Shown here: positions 17,770-31,600 of the stretch, piece after piece
How positions within the stretch are numbered: the stretch's first letter is position 1
How the letters are laid out: each line of letters begins with the position of its first letter
Assembly: GCF_018350175.1 (NCBI RefSeq)
Contig: NC_058373.1
Coordinates: 74,276,001-74,340,000 of the forward strand
Source of the DNA: Felis catus
Lineage: Eukaryota
Direction: 5' to 3'
Length of the DNA: 64,000 bases
The notes under the pieces: model-generated
Told to the model about the DNA's origin: nothing
What the model saw: only the letters and a program-made list of their open reading frames with translations
Database searches by the model: none
Translations under genes and position numbers: made by a program

Positions 17770-17990
17770 CTCTTAATAACATTAACAACAGCAGTAAAAC
17801 GTTATTGTTTGGCATGTGCTAAACTTTGTGCTACGTGCTTTAAATGTACCCACTCTCACAAATCAAGTGACGTTCCATTTAAATTCACCCATCATCAAAG
17901 AACTGGTGGGCCTGGAACTTGAGCCCAAACCCATCTGTGCCCACACTCTTAATCACTAGTGTGCAGCTTCTGTGAAGTGTATCCATGTGA
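17770..17990 (-). mobile_element. MIR remnant (approximate)
   Basis: Antisense MIR-like sequence (tgtgctaaactttgtgctacgtgctttaaat...cttgagcccaaa). Confidence 0.45.
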
Positions 17991-18844
17991 GCCTCATCTT
18001 GAGATTCAGGTGTATGCTTATGTGGGCTGATTGCGTGTCTGGGAGTAGGTGCCTGTGAATGGCATTTCTGCCCATGTGTGTGCTGTGCAGGAACCCAGCC
18101 AGTTAAAGAAGGTGTGCAAGAGCAGTGTTGGGTCTGGACTGCAGCTCCAGAGAGCAGGCGAGGACACAGGTGATATCCAGAGCAAGAGAAGAAGAGATGG
18201 GACCCTGGAGGGACCCTCCCTGCCCCAGCCTCTTTCTTCAATGATGCATGTGGAAGGAGATGAAGGAGGAGAGGCTCTGTGAGCCACTCAGATAGAGGTG
18301 CCAGAGCCAGAGAGGGTGGCCGGTGGCCAGTGGTAGAGAAGGAGAGGAAAAGAGAAAGAAATCCTGGGGGAGATGGAGGAGATGCCTCCCATTGCAGGCT
18401 CCTGAGTGGAAGAGGGATGAGCTGGGCTAGAGGAGGGGGAGGAGAGAACAAGAACTGTGATGGGAAGAGACAGCTGGGGAGGGGGTGGATAGAGGGGGCA
18501 GAAAGGAAGAGAGACATATGGGAGCCTCTTCCCCACCCTCGACTGCTTCTCCCTATTTATTATGTCCCTTAGAGGACCTACGACAGTGGCTGGTGAGGTA
18601 GCTGCTCCCAGCTCAATGCCTCTGCTCTGCCCAGAGCCCCCGCCTACTCTCTCTGTAGGCAGATGAACCAAAGGGCTGGGTAACCATGGCAACTGTGGGA
18701 CCTCAGGATAGCCATAGGCCTGGCCCAGTCACTGATGCTCCTCGGCTTCTGTGCAGTGGTGGTGGGAGGAGGAGGCTCCATCTGGCCCAATCCCCACGCT
18801 TCCACCCCATTTTCATTGGGCCTCCAGAACTGAGACACAGTGCG

Positions 18845-18974
18845 NNNNNNNNNNNNNNNNNNNNNNNNNNNNNNNNNNNNNNNNNNNNNNNNNNNNNNNN
18901 NNNNNNNNNNNNNNNNNNNNNNNNNNNNNNNNNNNNNNNNNNNNNNNNNNNNNNNNNNNNNNNNNNNNNNNNNN
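18845..18974. other. Assembly gap (130 N)
   Basis: N run. Confidence 1.
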
Positions 18975-20039
18975 TAAAGTTCTGCCTGAACTTCAAGTTT
19001 AATTCACAAAAACCACACTCTTTCAGCATCTTGTCATGCTGGGCAAAGGCTCACCTCAGCCCTCAGCAAGGCAGGAGGTAGCAAGGGTACCCTATGCAGG
19101 TCTGGAGGCCAAGGCAGCTTGGAGAGAGCAGCAGAGGAGCAGCGAATGGGCTCATCCACCGCCTAGGCTGCAATCAGGAAGCAGGAGCAGGACAGGAAGT
19201 CCCTTTGGTGAGGTTGTCTTGGGGGGTTCTTGGGAAGACTCTTGGGGCTCCTACACCAAGGAGATGCCAGAACTGGAAAGGTGTCAGAAGTCATCCAATC
19301 CAGGATTAGATGAGGTAACCAAAACCCAGGGAGCAAGTGATTTTCTCAAGGTGACAGAGGTATCCTGTGGCAGAGCTGGGCCTAGCACCCAGGTCTCCAG
19401 ACTCCTGCCCAGAATTCTCTCCCAGTCGGCACCAACCACCCCTACAGTTCCTCAGGCCTTTGCTGTTCTGGGCCCTGGAGGCCACTGGGTTGGATAGGAT
19501 GAAAGCCTCATGGATAGAGTTCCTAGTCTGTCTTGTTGGTGATTGAAATCTTGAAAAATGCAGTAGTCTTAAAATGGGGTGTTTACAAGCCTCAGAATGA
19601 AAATACTGCTTCATTGCTAATTACCACCTTAATGCACTACAGGTTGAAAACCTTGAATTAAAATCTAAACTGAGGGGGAAGTCACACCACTCCCTCTCCT
19701 CCCATTCACTGTCACCCAGCTATCATCCGCGCCTCTTCTTACCCGCCCCCCACCACAACAGTCCGGGCACCGGCTCCTCCAGATCTCAGTGTCCTGGTCA
19801 AGTGGGGCGGAACAGGAGGTGGAGGGCTGTATATGCTGCCTGCCTGCGAAGACCTCTCTCCCAGAAAATGACCAGCCTCTAACGTCGGAGCATGCCTTGA
19901 GGGTCCAGGAAGTTCGGGCATATTTATGTAGTCATACAACAGAGTGTCTGGCACCAGAAGGCGCTAGTAACCATCTAGTGAATGGCAAAGTGGCCTTCTA
20001 GGTGGTGTCCCCCACCCACCTACTACACCACTCGGCGGC

Positions 20040-21838
<1,799 letters not shown>

Positions 21839-23329
21839 CTAAATAGTCACCTCTGGACTGAGGCAACTTTTCAGGTTGGCAGGGGCTCCAGCAAGCAGCT
21901 TAAAGGCCTGATTGAAGAAGATGAAAGCATGGAGTCTGGTCCCACTGTTGCCTCTGGGAGCTTTGAAAAACAAGAGGAATATGGCAGTACTCCCAACTCT
22001 AGTGCTGGGACAGACTGAGAGGCTCTGTCATCTCAAGAGACATCATTCCATTTCCAAGCAATCAAAAATTTTTGCTTAATTAACTGTAATAGAGTAGGTG
22101 TCTATTTTAGGACAATGGGAAGGTATGTATGAGGTGAATTTTAATATATAGGGATAACATTGTTATATCTCTCTCTCAGAATACCTAGGCCAATGCCTTG
22201 CACTAGAAGATCCTCAATGCACATCTATTCTGTGGGTTAATCAATCAATTAATCCCTTTCATAGGAGCATGAGACTTTCCAAGGGAAAAAGAAAGGTCCT
22301 AGAGTCAGTTCTAGCAAGATCAGGACTGAGTGGTGACCATCTTTCCCCAAGCCAATCTCTCCAAAGAGAACCAACCAAGATTGGTTTTCCTCCTTCTATT
22401 CAGAACCTGCTATGTTGTATGAACTTGGACGGATCACCTGACCCCAGTTTCCCCTTCTGTTCAATAAAGGCAATTAGACCTTCACATTTCCCAAAGAGTG
22501 TTCCAGGAAACACCAAGTGTGAGAAATACCCAAGAAGAAGTCGATGCTCAGATACATTTGAGAAATGCTACCTCCTATCCCCACGTTTTGCAGATCCACA
22601 AAGCACAGCAACATATTAATCTATGAAGTCCTTCAGTAAACCATCTGTTCAACCTCAACCCAGAGCATCCCAAACTTAATGTCACCCAGGAGCTCTCCTC
22701 CCTGTTATCATGCAGAGTGTGTGCTCACCTGAGGAACCTCAGGCTAGATGACCTCAGGAATCCTTCCTGAGCCAGAAGTCTCACACTCTAGCCCAGCTTC
22801 CAGTTCCAATAGCCCCACTGCCAGCCCCCGAAGGGGCAAGGCAGGGAGTGCTTATCCCCAGTGCTTGGCATCTGGTCCCATCTTGATACCCCAAGCCTAC
22901 GTAGCTCTCTCTCTAGACATCTCATACCCTCAGGCTCTGCCCAGAGAGGTGAGAGGAAGGACAAGTCCTTGTGTCTTCCTGTCCCAGGGAAGGGTTGTTG
23001 CCCTATCTACTGAACCCCTCACCCTTGAGAGGACAGGGGTGGTAGGAACAAAGACACAGATTGAAGGAATGATCCTTGGCAGGAAGGCTATGGTGAAACA
23101 GTGAGAGAGGTGTCCAGAGAGAACTGAACGAAGAGATAAGTGAGGAGGGCTATTTATCTTTCTGATGTGATAGCAGTAAGGGACATAAAGCCAGCCAGGG
23201 TGGGAGTGGGGCAGGGGAAAGAAGTGTGAGGATTCTTGACAATAGACAGCAGAGAGCAGACAGCAGGTGACAGAGGCGGAGGCTATAGGTGAGAGGCCTG
23301 GCACCCAGGTAGGCCCCAAATATACTCAC

Positions 23330-23500
23330 TTGGGGGATGGTAAAGATGATGTGGTCAGTGTCAGAGCCAGGCAGGCACAGTTTCCTCAGAGACTGGAGAC
23401 CCCATTGATCAGGGCCTGGTGCCTCTGTGCTCAGAACAAGGCGCTGTGGGCACTGAGTCCACAGGGCACTCTTAAAGGGCCAGCTCTCTGAGGTCATCTG
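23330..23500 (-). other. NRL: NRL non-coding exon 1 (TSS approximate)
   Basis: Minus-strand donor CAA|GTGAGT after 23330; sequence resembles recalled NRL 5' UTR; promoter motifs lie immediately upstream. Confidence 0.65.
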
Positions 23501-23560
23501 TGGTCCTCAGGCCTGCAGCCAATGAGGTAAGGGGATCATTTGCATATCTCATTGGCCTGG
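23471..23560 (-). promoter_or_regulatory. NRL proximal promoter
   Basis: TTTAAG (23471-23476, minus), AGGTCA half-site 23491-23496, CCAAT 23519-23523, octamer ATTTGCAT 23538-23545, ATTGG 23551-23555. Confidence 0.6.
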
Positions 23561-24603
23561 GGGGTTGAGGGGGGAATGAGAAGAGGGAAGACGATGAGTA
23601 TGCCTGTTCTCAAGGAAGGAAAGGGGGCATTTTCCCCAATAAAGTTCCTCATTGATGGTCCATCTCACAGGTGCTCAGTTCCCTGGTACAGAGAGCTGCA
23701 TTGACCCAGTCAGCCACCCTCATGTGAATACCACCCGCAGCCCTCAGTGATTGAGAACCTGGGACTGGAAAAAAGGCCCAGAGAAGCTCCCGGCGCCCTC
23801 ACCCTCCAATGCTCTACAGTGCCTTGGCAGTTGTTTTGGGGAATACAAACGGTCTGAACCCACTTTCACCTAGCCAGTTGGGTCAGTGGTTCTGCTTTCA
23901 GGAATCTTCACATTTCTGGCCCCCTGCCTCACTCCCACTGTGACTGGCCACACACTCCTCACAGCTATCCTATCAGAAGGACAGGCAACTGTCCCCACGG
24001 TGAATCGCTAGGACTTGGCTACCCAGTCTGCAGCCTCTCCCACTCTTGATGACCAGTCCCAGGACAGGCACGCCAGCGGGAAGGAGCAGGAGAAGGGAGA
24101 GTGGGGATTTCTGCTCCTTCTTTCCGGGCCACCTCGGGACACTGAAATCTAATCACCACCAATCCATCTGACTTCTGTAACTGCCCTCACACGCCCTCTG
24201 CTTCCTCTCGCCTTTTCCCTGCGTGTGTCTCTGTCCCTCTCTCTTCCTCTCTCACTCATCCTGGTTCCCAGATGGCTAGGGGGTGACCTACATTTTCAGC
24301 CTAATCCCCTAACACCTCTTAGAGCTCTTATCCCTGAGTAGAAGTTGGAACAGGGATACTAGGAATTAGCTAAGGAGGTGTTTAAACCTGTCTGAAGCTG
24401 TTTAAAACAAGGTGTGTACTAGAATAGAACTTTATTCCCTACCTGGTGAAGATATCCAAATGTTCCTGTGGGGTTCACAAGTCCTCTGTCCCAAGTCAGA
24501 GATCTGGGTGTCCATCAGCCCTAAAGATCATCAGTTATAAAAATTAACACGGTCCCAGTCTTAGGTGTTGGGTGAAAAGCTGATAGGTTCAGATGGCCTA
24601 AAA

Positions 24604-24801
24604 CAATGGTTCTCAAAGTGTGGGCCCCAACCAGCAGCATTACCTGGGAACTTGCTAGAAATGCATATTCTCTGGCCTCACCTCAAACCTACTGAATCAG
24701 AAACTCTGGTCTTGGGACCCCCCCCACCCCCGCCCTCAAAAATCTGTGTGTTAATAAGGCTTTAGGCAACTTTGATGAACACTGAAGTTTGAGAACCACT
24801 G
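24604..24801 (+). mobile_element. MER5A hAT-Charlie DNA transposon relic
   Basis: TIRs caatggttctcaaa and tttgagaaccactg; internal MER5A-like text; degenerate 8-bp TSD gcctaaaa/gtctacag. Confidence 0.85.
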
Positions 24802-26209
24802 GTCTACAGAATACCTACAGTCAATTCAGCTTCCCTGTATGTGTGCATGGTCTCTCCCATCATGCTCTGTACGCACATATAAGACGATCTAGATCAGATG
24901 ACATCATTCTTTTCCCACATGTGTTCTGCATTTCGTGGAGCAGAGACCATGGTCGTTATTCAAGTAGTAAGGCTTCTCAGTGTGATTGCCTGGATCTAGT
25001 TGTTTTTGCAGAAGAACAGAGCCTAGGAACAAGGCCTCTTAATGGGAATGGGGATCATAGAGACCAGGGAATCTCACGTACATGTCCATGGAATGTGGCT
25101 TTGAGGCACATAGCCAGGAAAGAGACCCCAGAACTTCCTGTGCTGCAGAAAGAATAGGAAGTGTTGAGTGCAGCCCCTTTCTCATGCCTGGTCTGTCCAG
25201 ACACTTGCCCCCGAGCAGCTGTCAGGTCTGTGCTGATCTTCTTGTTTACTGGAGGGCTCAAAGGAAAGGTTTGGAGGAGGGGGTGGCTAAGCTGCTAACG
25301 GGCTAAAAGAGTCAGACTAAACAAGCTCAGGCAAGCTGAGCCGCTCAGGGCTCAGACCAGGTGCCACTGACTAGGGAAAGGAGTCCGGGAAGTGAGGGCT
25401 AGGCCAGAGGAAATGGGCAAGGGCACAGAGATGAGAGGCCACGGCAGCCAGTGGGGACCCAAGAGGTAGTTAATGGGCCCCCTTGGTGGGGGTGGAACCA
25501 GGGCCTGGGAGATGCGTACTGAGACTGACTGGCTCGAGGACATCTGGGGACCGGGAAATGAAAGTGAAAAAGATGAAGGCAGGTGGACTTCAGAAATGAC
25601 AGAACAGAGAAAGGGAGGCAAGAAGGCTTAGCTGAGGGGGCAGTAGGTATAGACCTGGGATGGAAGGCAGAACAAGTCGGTGGCTCCCCACAGATTTGTA
25701 CGAAAGGAGTTGGAGGCATGTAGGCACATGGAAGAGGTGGGCAAAGGGCCATGACAAACTAAAAGAGAGAGGAGGTCTTCTGGAGAGCACCAAGAAGGGA
25801 GTAGGGGTAAAAAGAGAGGTGGTAGGAACAAGGGACCAGAAGAACAAAGGCAGTAGAAGGAAGGGACAGAGGAAAGTAAGACTGGGGCCCAAGAATTAGA
25901 AACAGATGCAGAGGAACAGACAGATAGATGGTCAGGCCATAGAGAAAACACAGCGGGCTGTGGGATGTTGGACAATGGGGGAGAAGGGCCAGGCAGATAA
26001 AGGGCCGGGAGAATGGGGATATAAAATGAGAGGGAAGGCAGGAGACGGAGTAATTCAGGGTGCCATCACTATCTCCTCTGTCCTGCACTCCCATATTTGT
26101 CCCATATTTGGAGCCCATAATTCACTGTAAGCCCTAGAAGTTCTGGCCTTTGGTGTCCAGATCTTCGGTAATGGATCCAAATCTTCAAACCTCTTCCTGG
26201 CCTGCCTGG

Positions 26210-27550
26210 TATGTTCATTTGACAAGTGTTTATTAAGCACCAGGCACTGTGCTAGGCTTTAGCGATACCTCGGTACATCAGACTGACACCAGCCCCGCCT
26301 TCGTGGAGTATACAGACTGATGAAACAGAGAAGCATCAATTTATTGCCCTTAGGCCCAGGCAAGAGTAGCCCCTGCCCTAAGCCCTGTGCTTTTGGAAGA
26401 CTCCATTCTGGCTCTCCTCTGGCTGTGTCCCACCCCATGGGGTGAGCAGTTCAGGCCTCCTCTGCCCACACCCAACCCCATTCTGGACCACACTCCAGAT
26501 ACCCAGGAATTCCCTGTCCAAAGGGCTCCAAGCCCACTTCTAGGCCTACCCCAGGTAGGCCCTTCCGGAAGTGGACCACACTACAGTACACACATCCCTA
26601 GACCCAAAAGCCGGCTAAGGGTGACTATTTATAGGAGGTCATGGACAGAATTGGGATGTGTAGACAGGGAGGTCCACAGGTATGCATATGAGGCCCCTCA
26701 CAGGACAAGACAGTGTCAGGGGTGGGAAGAGAAGAGGGCCCAAAGGCCAGTGGCCCAGTGCATCCTCTCCCCATACCACCCACCACATTCTGCTGCAGAA
26801 TCCCAAGGACTCCAAATAAAATCCAAATCTGCATTCAATTTTGAACCAAATTCCAGGCCATCGTGTACATATTATCAAGGGATAAGAATAGAACATATTT
26901 TATTTAATAGTTTGTTAGCATGAGTTCTACATTTTAAATATTTAAAACACAAGGTTTGTGACCCTCTGTTTGTACTCTTGCCCCAGGCCCCACATATGTT
27001 AGGCAGGAGCCTATGTGAAAATAAACTATTATAACTGAGGTGAGTCCTATGAAGGAGAAGGGCAGGCACTATGAAATTGTATTTCATGAAGACCTAATCT
27101 AATGAAGGGCAGCATTGAGGGGACAGCTTGCCTAAGGAAGACACATTAAACTGAGACCAGCCAGGTGAGTAAGAAGTGACCATGTCCGGAGGTATGGAGA
27201 AGGTGGGGATTCCAAGCTGCAAGAACAATATATGTAAAGGCTCAGGCAGGAAGGAGACATGAGTACAAAACAAACAGACAAAAAGACCAATATAGCCAGA
27301 GAGTAGAAGAAGCCAAGGAAGTGGGAAGAATGGTGGTAGGTGACGGTGGCAATGTCAGCAGGGGCCAGATCCAGCACAGCCTCATGGTCCAAGGTTAGGA
27401 TTTGGTCTTTATTCAAAGAACAGTGAGAAGTTACTAAAGAATTTTTGGCAGGGCCATGATGAGATCAGATTTTGTTTGGAAAGATCACTTTGGATCTAGA
27501 AGGCAAAATGGAATCAGAGTGGGATTAGGGGGCTAATGCAGTATCCACGT
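26210..27550 (-). mobile_element. Fragmented L2 remnants (about 26210-26330 and 27060-27550)
   Basis: L2-like phrases such as tttattaagcaccaggcactgtgctagg and ggatttggtctttattcaaag...atgagatcagattttg. Confidence 0.5.
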
Positions 27551-27554
27551 TGAG

Positions 27555-27890
27555 TTTGGGGGATATCTTAAGCTGGAAACAAACTCTGAGATGGAAACCT
27601 GTATACAGGTGGTTCACCAAGGAGGATTTTCAAAAGGAGTGAGAAAAGCAGGACTGGGCAGGAGGAAAAGTGGAAATACACTGCATTAGAACAGAGACTT
27701 CAGCCGATCCCACAGGAGCTCTGGAGCTCAGATGGACCAAATTGAGGAAAGGGGATCAGGCTTTGTACCCTTGCGTCAATCAGTCACTGGATACACACTG
27801 CCCCAGGAAAGGGGTATTGTGTTTGGTGACACCACTCCCTTCAGCCACAGGTAGGTCTCAGGGAAGTATTCAGCTGTGAGCCATTAGCAG
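27555..27890. mobile_element. Old ERVL-type solo LTR (LTR16/LTR33-like)
   Basis: Resembles ...actctgagatgg...cagccgatcccacaggagctctggagct...cagtcactggat; family call by eye. Confidence 0.5.
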
Positions 27891-28422
27891 CCACCACTCC
27901 GAGGCTGGGACAATGAAAACCTGGATCCTGAAGCAGGGATCTAGGCAACACACCATAGCATCCACTACAGGAGCTCGGGAAGGTGTCCAAGGGCCAGACC
28001 CAGAGGGCCTTGGGAAGAAAATGCAGACCAGGTCAAGGCTGGTCACACCCTGCCCCCTGGTGGTGTGCTTCGAACACTGGGCCAGCTGGTAGACCTGGGA
28101 GGCTGGGAGGAGGGCCAGGGAACTGAATAAAAGTGTAGCAAATAAATGAATAAAGGGAATCGACACTACAAGGAAATCCTCATGGGAGCCCCTTAAGCTA
28201 AGAAAGGACACAATGGGGGAGAAGTGTTCAGAAACATGAGACTTGTTTATTCTTCATTCAAACAGCACTTATTAGCTGACCAAATGAGGCCAAATTAAGA
28301 TAAAATAACAACAAGACTAAAATTTGGGCCCTCCTTTCAAGGAGCTAACACTTAAGTGAGGATTATAAAGATACAAAAACAACTATAATAAAGTGTGATA
28401 AGTTAAAAAATATAGGTATGTA

Positions 28423-28619
28423 GGGGCGCCTGAGAGGCTCAGTCGACTGAGCATCCAACTTTGGCTCAGGTCATGATCTCATGGTTCGTGGGTTCAAGCC
28501 CGTATTGGGCTCTGTGCTGACAGCTCAGAGCCTGGAGCCTGCTTCAGACTCTGTGTCTCCCTCTCTCTCTGCCCCTCCCCCACTCGTCCTCTGTCTCTCA
28601 AAAATAAATAAAAACATTT
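28423..28619 (+). mobile_element. Can-SINE (felid type)
   Basis: ggggcgcctg...ctcaggtcatgatctc head, (CT)n segment and A-rich tail. Confidence 0.95.
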
Positions 28620-28636
28620 ATATATATATATATGTA

Positions 28637-28682
<46 letters not shown>
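28619..28682. repeat. (TA)n microsatellite at SINE tail
   Basis: Interrupted TA run. Confidence 0.95.
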
Positions 28683-28686
<4 letters not shown>

Positions 28687-28999
28687 GTATAAAACCAACA
28701 CGGATGAGATAGATGTTAATTCTAAGAATCAAACGGACTTCACAAAGGAGGTGATGTTTAATTTAAGTCTGAAGAGCAGAAAAGGTTCACAGAAGTGCTC
28801 TGGAAACTGCAGTTTGGTGTATAGGAGAGAAGGTGGCAGGGATAAAGTTTGGATAAATAGGAGTCAGATTATAAAGGACATCAGTTGCCATGTGGTAGGG
28901 AGCCTTGAGGGATTTTAAGTCTGAGTGATATGATCTCATTTTCTTTTAATGATAAATCAAGGGAACAGTATAGGATTGGAGGGGGGAAATAACTTGGTA

Positions 29000-29170
29000 A
29001 TTAGAGTCAGACAGGTTTGGATTCAGATTTCATTTCTCCTGCTGACCAGCTATATAAGTTTGAGCAAATGACTTAACCTCTCTAAGCCTCAGTGTCCACA
29101 TCTGTAAAATAGGATGGTTGTGAATCTGAATGAAATAATGCATGTAAAGCTGCTGACACAGAGCCCAGCC
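29000..29170 (+). mobile_element. MIR SINE remnant
   Basis: gagcaaatgacttaacctctctaagcctcagtgtccacatctgtaaaatagg. Confidence 0.8.
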
Positions 29171-29804
29171 TAGTGTCCACACAATAAAAATTACCCCTTT
29201 CTCTCTTAACTCATCAAAGTGAACTTCTGTGCAGAGTTGGAGGGTAGCTTGGTGGGAGGGAGAAGGAGTGGCATTTGGAATGGTGGCAGCCCAAGAGGTG
29301 GCTTGGAAGATATCACTTGAAGCCAGGTGAGAGGTAAGTCCTGAACTAAGGCAGTGGCCATGGGGATAGACACAGATTTGAGAGCTAATTATGAAGTACA
29401 AATCCAAAGGTCCTAGCATCTGATTGGCTATGGAAGAGAAGAAAGGAATAGCCTAGACTGATTCAGGTTCCTCTGGAGCAGCTGCCTAGATGCTGGTGCT
29501 ATTCACTGAGATAGGAAACCATGAGAGCAGGTGCAGCATTAGGGAAGAGATGACCTTCAGTAGATCCATGCTGCGACCAGCATGCACACCTTTAGGCCCA
29601 AAGGGTTGCCAAAGAGGCAGTTGTCTGAAGTGGAATAGGTGTGGACGGAGTTTGAATGTAGGAACTGGAGGAAAGAATCCAAACACGTACACATAAGGTT
29701 GAGTCCAGGATGGAGCCTGGGTGGAAGAGATAGAGAGCCAATAGCAAGCCCAAGGCTTGAGGCCAGCTCTCCTTTTCCTGCTGTTTTAGCACAGAACTTT
29801 GAGA

Positions 29805-30290
29805 AACCTGAGAATCAGCATTATTTCTGTTGCAAATGGCAGAAATCCACTTAAAATTAGCTTGAGCGAGAGAAGAAATTAAGAAATTTGTTGAGTCCTA
29901 TAATCAAAATCAGGAATCTGTAGCTCTCCATTCCTCTGCTGCTTCCTTTGGGCTGGCTTTCACTGAGGGCAGGTTCCTGCTTTGCAGTGCCGAGCTGATA
30001 CCCTGCAGCTCTATGCTTATATCCCACCAGCTCAGCAAACCCAGCAGAATGAGCTCATTTTGAAAGTCTACAGAAAAAGCTCTAGAGAGGGATCTCATGC
30101 CCATCCCTAAACATTCCCAATTGCTGTGGCCAAAGTGAGGAAGACACAAACTGGTCAAACTGAGAGCCTACCCACAGGAGACCTATATGATTTCCTCCAT
30201 GGACTGAGGAGGTAGTTCCATAAAGGAACATCAGGGTGATATTACCAGAAAGGGGGAGTGGATGCTGGGCAGGTGCCTACTACAGGCATG
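29805..30290. mobile_element. MaLR (MLT1-type) LTR remnant
   Basis: tttctgttgcaaatggcagaaatccacttaaaattagcttgagc...ggatgctgggcagg; family call by eye. Confidence 0.55.
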
Positions 30291-30777
30291 TTGAGTCTCG
30301 GGTACTATGGCATTTGGGGTGGTACCCAATGGTATCAAGTTGAAGAGAGATGTCTGGATGGAGACATAACTTGACAAATTACCTGAGGACTTTATGGTGG
30401 TGGTTGGGTGGGACAGACTAGTTCTTCAGGGGAATGTGGAGAGAATAGCCAGGGCAGAGGCCCAAAGAAGAGACTCGGGGGTAGAGAGACGCCATCATTT
30501 TATGGGAAGGCAGAAGGGAACCCTCATCAGGGGGAGAAGAAACAGGTATTTAGGAGTTGGGGACAAAGAAAACGTTAGCTTTGGGACCCTGGAAAACAGA
30601 AAAACATGGGTCTTACGGTGTCCAGTCCCCAGGAGAAGAGAAAAGACAATGCCCAACCCTCGGTTTCTGGACTCCCAGCCTCCGTGGGCCCTCGCCCTGG
30701 CCTCCCCCCTCGTTCCTAGCTTGTTTGCCACCCCGTTGTCTCCCAGTCGCTATCTCTCGGGAGCAAGAGTCCTCAAA

Positions 30778-30786
30778 GTTACATCA
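30778..30786 (-). promoter_or_regulatory. C/EBP-ATF composite (AARE) site upstream of PCK2
   Basis: GTTACATCA is the reverse complement of TGATGTAAC, matching the ATF4 AARE consensus TGATGxAAx; PCK2 is an established ATF4 target. Confidence 0.7.
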
Positions 30787-30799
30787 TGTGCAGGGGGCG

Positions 30800-31600
30800 A
30801 GGCGGAGCGGGGGGTGGAGCCTCGCGGAGGCGGGGAGACGAGTAGGGGGCCCAGCTGTCCAATGAGAGAGATGGGTGTGGGGGCTAGGATGCTGGGGGAG
30901 GGGAGGCGTCTGGTCCGGCCGGGGCCTGGTGCCCTGGGGGAGCGGCAGTACGGCTAGGGCGTAGAGAGGGTCGCGCGGGCCCAGCGAGGTTCCGCCCCTG
31001 CGCCCTCCCGCCCGCCTCCTTTTTAAGCGCCTCCCGCCCAGCCTTCGCTCCCGCTCGCTTAGCAGCGCACCCTCTTTCCCCGCCTTCCTTATCTCCCCGG
31101 CTCCGCTCGGTTCTCGTGGCCACCCCGCAGCCCCAGGTGCCATGGCCGCTGTGTACCGCCCCGGCCTGCGGTGAGTGAGCCCTAGCCCGGGGCCGACCCG
31201 CACCTTCCGCCGCGCTCGCCCCCTCGGGGCTGCCAATGGCGCTCTCCTGCCCGCCAGCCTCCGGCCGGCTTTCTCAGCCGAGGAGGAGGCGGGCCCGGGG
31301 CGAGTGTGTCTCCATCCCCAGCCTCTCCGGCCCGTGTCTCGCGGGAGATCTGGGGCGGCCGCCGCCGCTCCGAGTCTCTCCGCTTCCGTCCCCTCCTCCC
31401 CCGTCCCTGCTTTGCTGATCTCTGACCGCGCCGTCTCGATCTGCCACTCACAACTTCCTCCCCTCCTCGCTCGCCCCCACAGAGCCCTGTCTCCTCGTCT
31501 CCTCCTTTTCTTTAAGATGTAACTCTTGTGCCCCAGCTGCGATTAGAAGCGCGGTAGGACCCTGGGGTCAAGGGTGCATGAACCCCTGGGGGATTAAGCT
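30800..31600. promoter_or_regulatory. PCK2 CpG island promoter
   Basis: High CpG/GC density, GC boxes, strong Kozak gtgccATGG at 31142. Confidence 0.85.

Noticed and set aside
18556-18561. Minus-strand AATAAA as the NRL polyA signal
   Set aside because: Plausible, but the true site could lie in the 18845-18974 gap; cannot be assigned.
25540-25990. Strong purine skew on the plus strand (also about 18150-18530)
   Set aside because: No periodicity or mirror symmetry seen; ordinary low-complexity drift.
28423-28520. tRNA-like A/B boxes in many elements
   Set aside because: tRNA-derived heads of Can-SINEs; no complete cloverleaf, so no tRNA gene called.
30394-31236. ORFs of 150-187 aa at the PCK2 promoter
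   Set aside because: Stop-poor CpG island sequence with no coding signature.
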